Source: Raillietiella orientalis (taxonomy: Eukaryota). Taken from it: a stretch of DNA of 64,000 nt. Each line of letters begins with the position of its first letter. Within the stretch, counting starts at the first letter, position 1. The stretch is from NCBI GenBank assembly GCA_036172245.1, contig JAYWIR010000057.1:124001-188000 (forward strand), given 5' to 3'. The notes beneath the pieces were generated by a model that was given only the letters and a program-made list of their open reading frames with translations, ran no database searches and had not been told where the DNA came from. This document shows positions 59,301 through 64,000 of this stretch, piece by piece. The translations under genes were made by a program, and so were the position numbers.

Positions 59301-60490
59301 GCGGGAAAGAGTCAGGCAACGGGAGGCAGGTCCACGGAAGAAATCTGCGCATCTCCTCACCGAGGAGAAGGCACGGGAAGGATACGCACATCCCTGAGGA
59401 GCGAGGAGGCGCCGACCCAATAAAGTGGTTCCCCGTGAGGCGGCGGTCCAATAAAAAAGTGGGGAGAAGCACAAAGGAAGAATGCCGCACTCCTTCCCTA
59501 CCCGAGGAGCCCCACGGCAGCGAGACACGCGGGGAGGGACGCCGAGCGACGGAAATCGCCTCATCCGGCGCGAGAGACGGCAAGCCCGGAGATCCTTCAT
59601 TGTCCCAAGGCGACGGGGGAAGAAAAGGGACGCAGGGATTCCTTGTCCGTTTGGAAAACTTGCAGAAGCTTCCCAGTGCGGCGGCAGCAGTCTTGAAGAC
59701 CCTTCCTCTCTGGAGACGGGATCCTTGCAGAACCGGATCTTGGGGATGGGGGACGTCTGGTGAGGGACTCCTGCCTGTCTTCAGCGCTCCTTCTCTTCCG
59801 TGAGTGTTGCTGCGCAGGAACGGCATCGGAGCAGGGCTTTCCGCATCCGGCAGGCGGAGGGACTTCTCCCGCCGAACGCGGAATTCTTGGATTCCTCCTG
59901 CTTCGTCCGAGGACCTCCCCTGCCAAAATGGAGGGTCGTCCGTTCCACGCCTCCTGTCTCCTGGTCGACCGAGAGTAACATCCCCTCCTGTCTCCAGGGC
60001 AAACGCCTACCCGACGAGCTTCCGCCTATTGCTCGCGTCCTTCGGTGTTCTTCCTCTGTAGCCGCGGAGGTCCCGAAGGCCTCGAGCGATCCCGGACACG
60101 GAATCGAGAGAAGGCCGCTGCCCGGGGCTCTTTGGCACGGTGGCGCTCTCGTCCTCGGTGCGCGGCGCTGTCGCTGCTGAAGCGCCGGGAGGAGGGTGAG
60201 AACGCCTGGCAGTGGGCGCACCCAGGAGACGGTGTTCGCGAGCGCTCGAACACTCCAGGACGACTCAAAGTGCCTCCCCCTTTCCCCTCTTCTCAACTAG
60301 GAAGGAGACGGAACGGAGTTGACTCCCAGATTTGACCTTCCCATCAGGGAGCCTCCAACCAACTGCCCTCGAGCAGAGTTCTTTTTTTGTTCTCGAAGCA
60401 GTTCTGAAGAGCTGCTCTCCTCTTCAGGTGGTAGGGGATCACGAACATGAACCTCTTTGACAGGGTCCACGCCACTAGAGGTTGAGTGTG
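56369..60490 (-). mobile_element. Near-complete but heavily decayed Tx1-like ORF2 plus 3' UTR
   Basis: Degenerate motifs in the expected order: APE-like (~60300-60050), GNRVRE (FDRV-like, ~58350), EIPIGCELS (QG..LSP, ~58140-58170), SEDVS (YADD position, ~58070), FFCLS and SRRDA (57540-57700), HLLMDCAAL (~56865-56890), terminal AATAAACGCC at 56381-56390. Confidence 0.7.
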
Positions 60491-61520
60491 ACTCTTCAAG
60501 TTGGGGAGTGACCCTGGAGTGACCATCCTCTGAATTTAGGAAGGCTCCAGAAGGAGGAGTATGTTCCTCTTACGCTTGGGAGAGGAACCCTCGCCCTGGC
60601 TGTCCCCGGAGAGGGTCCCAAAGGGAACCCCTCCCTTATCCTCTCCGGAGGGACCCACCAGGAGGGGACCGCTCCCGAATTTCTTCTCCGGGGGGAACCC
60701 GCAAGGGAAGCGCTTCTCTAAAGAGAACCCCGGAGGGAGCACCGCGTTTCTGGCACTCTGGAGGGGCAATCCACCCCACGAGGGGGGAATCAACCAGCTC
60801 CATGGTACGAGATGGAGAGTCCCCTCACCCCACCCGAAGGGTAGGTACGGTTCCATTTTTACAACCGGAGGGTACCCCCGAAGGGAACTGGAGAACTACT
60901 TCCTCGAGGGACCCCGGAGGGTCAACTTCCGATTCCGGCCAGTCAACTGGAGCATCCGAGGCTTCCGGCTTCTACCAATGCGGCGGCACCGGTGATTTGC
61001 GCCCGAAGCCCGTGGGCCATCCTGCGCCATCCTGCGGGAGGGACTCGTAAACCCCGACGCGCCCCCTTCTCTCAGGGTGCCGATCCTTCTTGTGGAGGGA
61101 TTCGAACCCGCAACGCTTGGTGCCACTCGCGCAGACCGCAGCCGCACGGCCACTAACGCGGGCTGTATGCGTTCTGGGCAGCTGATGCGGGTCACGCAAG
61201 GAGTTCTCCAGTGGCTCACGATTCGATGAAGATTCTCGCGCGCGTGGCCGAGCAGGAGGGCGCGGGCGTGATCCCAGATACAATGACCTGTGTCCCCGAA
61301 CCGGCTGCGGTGGAAAAGAGATACCTCCTTTCCCAGGAGCATGCGCACGCGGCGCTGCAGACGGGGATCGGTCCAGAGAGCGAAACCAGGAGGGATGGAG
61401 CGGAGCCGTTCCAGCTCGCAGCGGAAGGTGTCCCCTATCTCACGAAGCACCGAGCGACCCCCTTCCACTCCGCTCGCTCGTCGACGGGCTTCACTTCCAA
61501 TTCGGAACGCCCTTGAGCCC
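60491..61520 (-). mobile_element. Tx1-like ORF2 C-terminal fragment
   Basis: ALWTDP...VRMLLGK, IAPPECQKRGA, GGVPFGTL and TARAR align with QLWTTP...ARLLL, LASPNCAKYGA, GGLSLGAL and IVRAR of the 6-7.4 kb copy; nucleotide-similar to 56900-57370. Confidence 0.7.
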
Positions 61521-61749
61521 GAGCGCGCGTGCTGCGGAGCGCGGGCGTGCGCGCGGGGCGCGTCTCCTCCGCGGACTCGCGCCAGGACGCCGGCAGGACG
61601 CCGGCAGGAAAGGCCGAGCCCGTTGGTGTCTGCTGGGGACCACGCGGGCGAGCGATCTGAGACGATGGCTCTCCGTCCGAGCGGAAGCGTCGCCACGCAC
61701 GCACGCACGCACGCGGGGGGAAGCGCGGGAATAATCCTCCCTCGGACGT

Positions 61750-62200
61750 ATCCGGGAAGTGCGTCACACGCGCGATCCGTTCCTCCCGTTCGCTTCGGGC
61801 GCGTCTTCGGCTCCTCCGTCTTCCCAACGTTTCGGCGTGTGGGGCGTCTCTCTGGGAAGCGTTCGCTCGCGCGGCGCGGTGCAGTGGCGAGGCGGGGAGA
61901 AGATGCCGCTCTGTCCTTCCCAGAACCGCCGTCTTGCTCTCTCCGTGGTCAAGTAAGAGTGAATTCCGGAGGCGCGAGCCCCGATCGCGCTGTCCGGTCC
62001 TCAGCGATGGAGTGGAGGAGGAGGCTGGTGGATCGCGGGCGTTCGTCTCCGGGAGCCTGGGGACAAGCAAGCGCCGAGTGGGATTCGAATCCGCGACGCC
62101 TGGTGTCACGCGCGGGAGCGGCAGCACCACATGGTCGCCGGCGCGGGTAGCTGACCCGGGTCACACAGGGAGTTCCCTCTTTTCCGGTCCGTGAAAAACG
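61750..62200 (-). mobile_element. Further Tx1-like C-terminal fragment
   Basis: Shares the VADSNP block with 61090-61170 and 57170-57240; followed by RFWE...HC. Confidence 0.45.
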
Positions 62201-62779
62201 GGGAGAGGGACGCGAGGGAGGGAGGAAAGGAGGAGGAACGGCGCGCGCGGACGTCGGGGAGAGAGCGACGGACTGGCGAAGGAATGAACTCACCCTTTTT
62301 CTTCCGAGAGCGGGGGGAGGAAGGAAAACGGGGATGAAAAGGGACCCCAGGTTCGCTTGGATCCGCACGCCCGGCAGATGCAGCTCTGCAACGAACCATC
62401 TCGCGCGTGTTTTTTCCTTTCTTTCTTTCTTCTTCTTCTTCCTTTCCCCCTCCTTCTTTACGACTGGCTGCAAAAGGAAAGCTATTAAAATGGCGGAAGT
62501 TGCCTCCCGCTGTCACTGGCGACAAGCAGTCTGGAAAAACCTGTCCTTGGGAATCTCTCTAAGGAGAGGAAACCTGATTTGAACCACGTGTGACTTTCTG
62601 GCGGTGCGCGGACAAATTGCACGGGGAGAGAGACAGATGGCGCGAGTTTCCCACATCGCATCGGGTTACGCCCGCTCCTCGGCGAGCCTGGACTGCGCCG
62701 CGCAGCGGCGCTCAGAGAGGGAGCGCGAGCCTCCCTGCCTGCGCTCTACCTGCACACCTCGGCAGGCTCCCGGCTAACC

Positions 62780-64000
62780 TGCCGTCTCAGCGCCCCCCCC
62801 CCGTCGCCCCAGTGGGCGAGGGGAGGGGAGGTGGGAAGAAGAAGCCCCTCTGGAATCTCTCGCTCCCCGCACCGGGAGTTTCTCGCCTCTCCCGTTCCGG
62901 CCGTTCCAGGGAGACGCTCCAAAGCGCCCCGGTCTGGGGGAAGGCCCCATTAGGAAGAGCAGTGCCTTCCGTTCGGCATGGGTTCTCCCCCTTCTTCCTT
63001 CCCGGAGAGGAAGGGGTGGATGGGGAACTTTCGCCTCGAAGAAAGATCGGTGGCCATGGGGACGCGACGAATCGTGGGGGGCACGGACTGGAAGGCGTTC
63101 TACGGAACTATGCCCCTCTTCCCCTCCGAAGATTAGCTTGGATATACGCGAGAAGATTGCTTTCGGCGAGGCGCCGTCTAAAAATAGCCCAGCGCCTCCC
63201 AACGGGCCGCCTCTGCTGCTGCGGCCGGGTTGCCCTGCCGCGCTGCGCGTCTTCCGCTGACTGTCTCTGGAGCCGCCCGAAGGAAGGAGCCGCTCGGGAA
63301 GGCCGTGCCAGGAGGAGGCACCGCAAGGATCGGAACGCTCTTCGCCGTCCTCAGGTTTGAACCCTGGAGCTCGACCGGGCGGGAATCCCAGAGCGGCGAG
63401 GCTATCTCGAATGAAAAACCGGGCCGCTCCGCTGGAGAGGGTCCGGCCTCGCGTCGCCATGGCACTCCGAGGGATCCAGGAGGATCGGGAGCCGCTTCGG
63501 GACGCGAAAAGGCGCCGCCTTCCGCCGTTCCCGGCTGTTCTACCCTGCACGCAACCGAGGGGATCGCACGAGTCGCCGACGACTTCGCGCGCGTTGCAAG
63601 GGGAGAAGGGGGGGGCGCGCTCCCGAAGCTTCCGGGACTCGCAAAGTGCCCGCAGCCGGGATCTCTCTCCCGGTTGACGTGGACATCGGTGCGCCTCTGG
63701 ACACCTCGGAGCGCCGGAGAAAAGCCGGGATGATGCCGGGATACGGGCTGGATCGAAACGAAATTTTTCCCGGACTTCTTCCTCCGCCTCTCTTGTCCCC
63801 CGACGGGGCCATGGCAACGAATGCGGCGGCTACTTGACCGTCGTCGCTACGCGCGGGAAGGAGAGGATGCCTGACTCTGCGTCGCCGCCGGCGCCCATAG
63901 TCCCTTGACAGGAGCAGTGGAAGCCTTCCCGGATTTCCGGGCCATTTGTCTGGAATTGGCAAATGAAATTCACGCGGCCAGAGGGGGAGAGGGTCCTCTC
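62780..64000 (+). mobile_element. Decayed RT core of a Tx1/L1-like element, running off the window
   Basis: LAWIYARRL (ILAK.LA.RL-like, ~63135-63160), RGIQED (~63467-63485) and RVADDF (~63568-63586) occur in RT order. Confidence 0.55.

Noticed and set aside
61090..61170. tRNA-like GCGGGTTCGAATCCC motif, also at ~53595-53665, 57170-57240 and 62075-62155
   Set aside because: No cloverleaf. Similarity between 57.1 and 61.1 kb extends well beyond the motif on both sides, and it translates to A(D/G)SNP at the DDSDLP position of the LINE ORF2 C-terminus, so it is coding sequence of the retroelement rather than tRNA or SINE.
56458..63817. Many long overlapping ORFs (up to 347 aa)
   Set aside because: High GC suppresses stop codons; they are R/P/G/S-rich off-frame or antisense reads of decayed LINEs.

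Overview
Eukaryotic (invertebrate animal, arthropod-like) genomic DNA, not prokaryotic; most introns are about 45-70 nt. Two intact housekeeping genes lie head-to-head in an AT-rich core: ALG9 (alpha-1,2-mannosyltransferase, minus strand, 13 coding exons, one GC-AG intron) and U2SURP/SR140 (plus strand, at least 20 exons; first coding exon not fixed). The flanks are mostly decayed mobile DNA. The left flank has a CMC/EnSpm-like transposase remnant, a nested cluster of L1/Tx1-clade LINEs at 5.7-10.5 kb and a Tigger/pogo remnant. The right flank has APE-endonuclease LINE remnants, a decayed lectin/PAN/Sushi-like multi-exon locus and a GC-rich pile-up of Tx1-like fragments at 49-64 kb. The best-supported unusual structure is a 5'-truncated LINE inserted antisense into a Tx1-like ORF1 with an 8-bp target-site duplication; removing it restores the ORF1 frame. 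These LINEs also share a 3' terminal hairpin/AATAAA module. No CRISPR array, rRNA or credible tRNA was found, and I see no clearly new biological system. All homology calls come from motif recognition by eye, without database searches.
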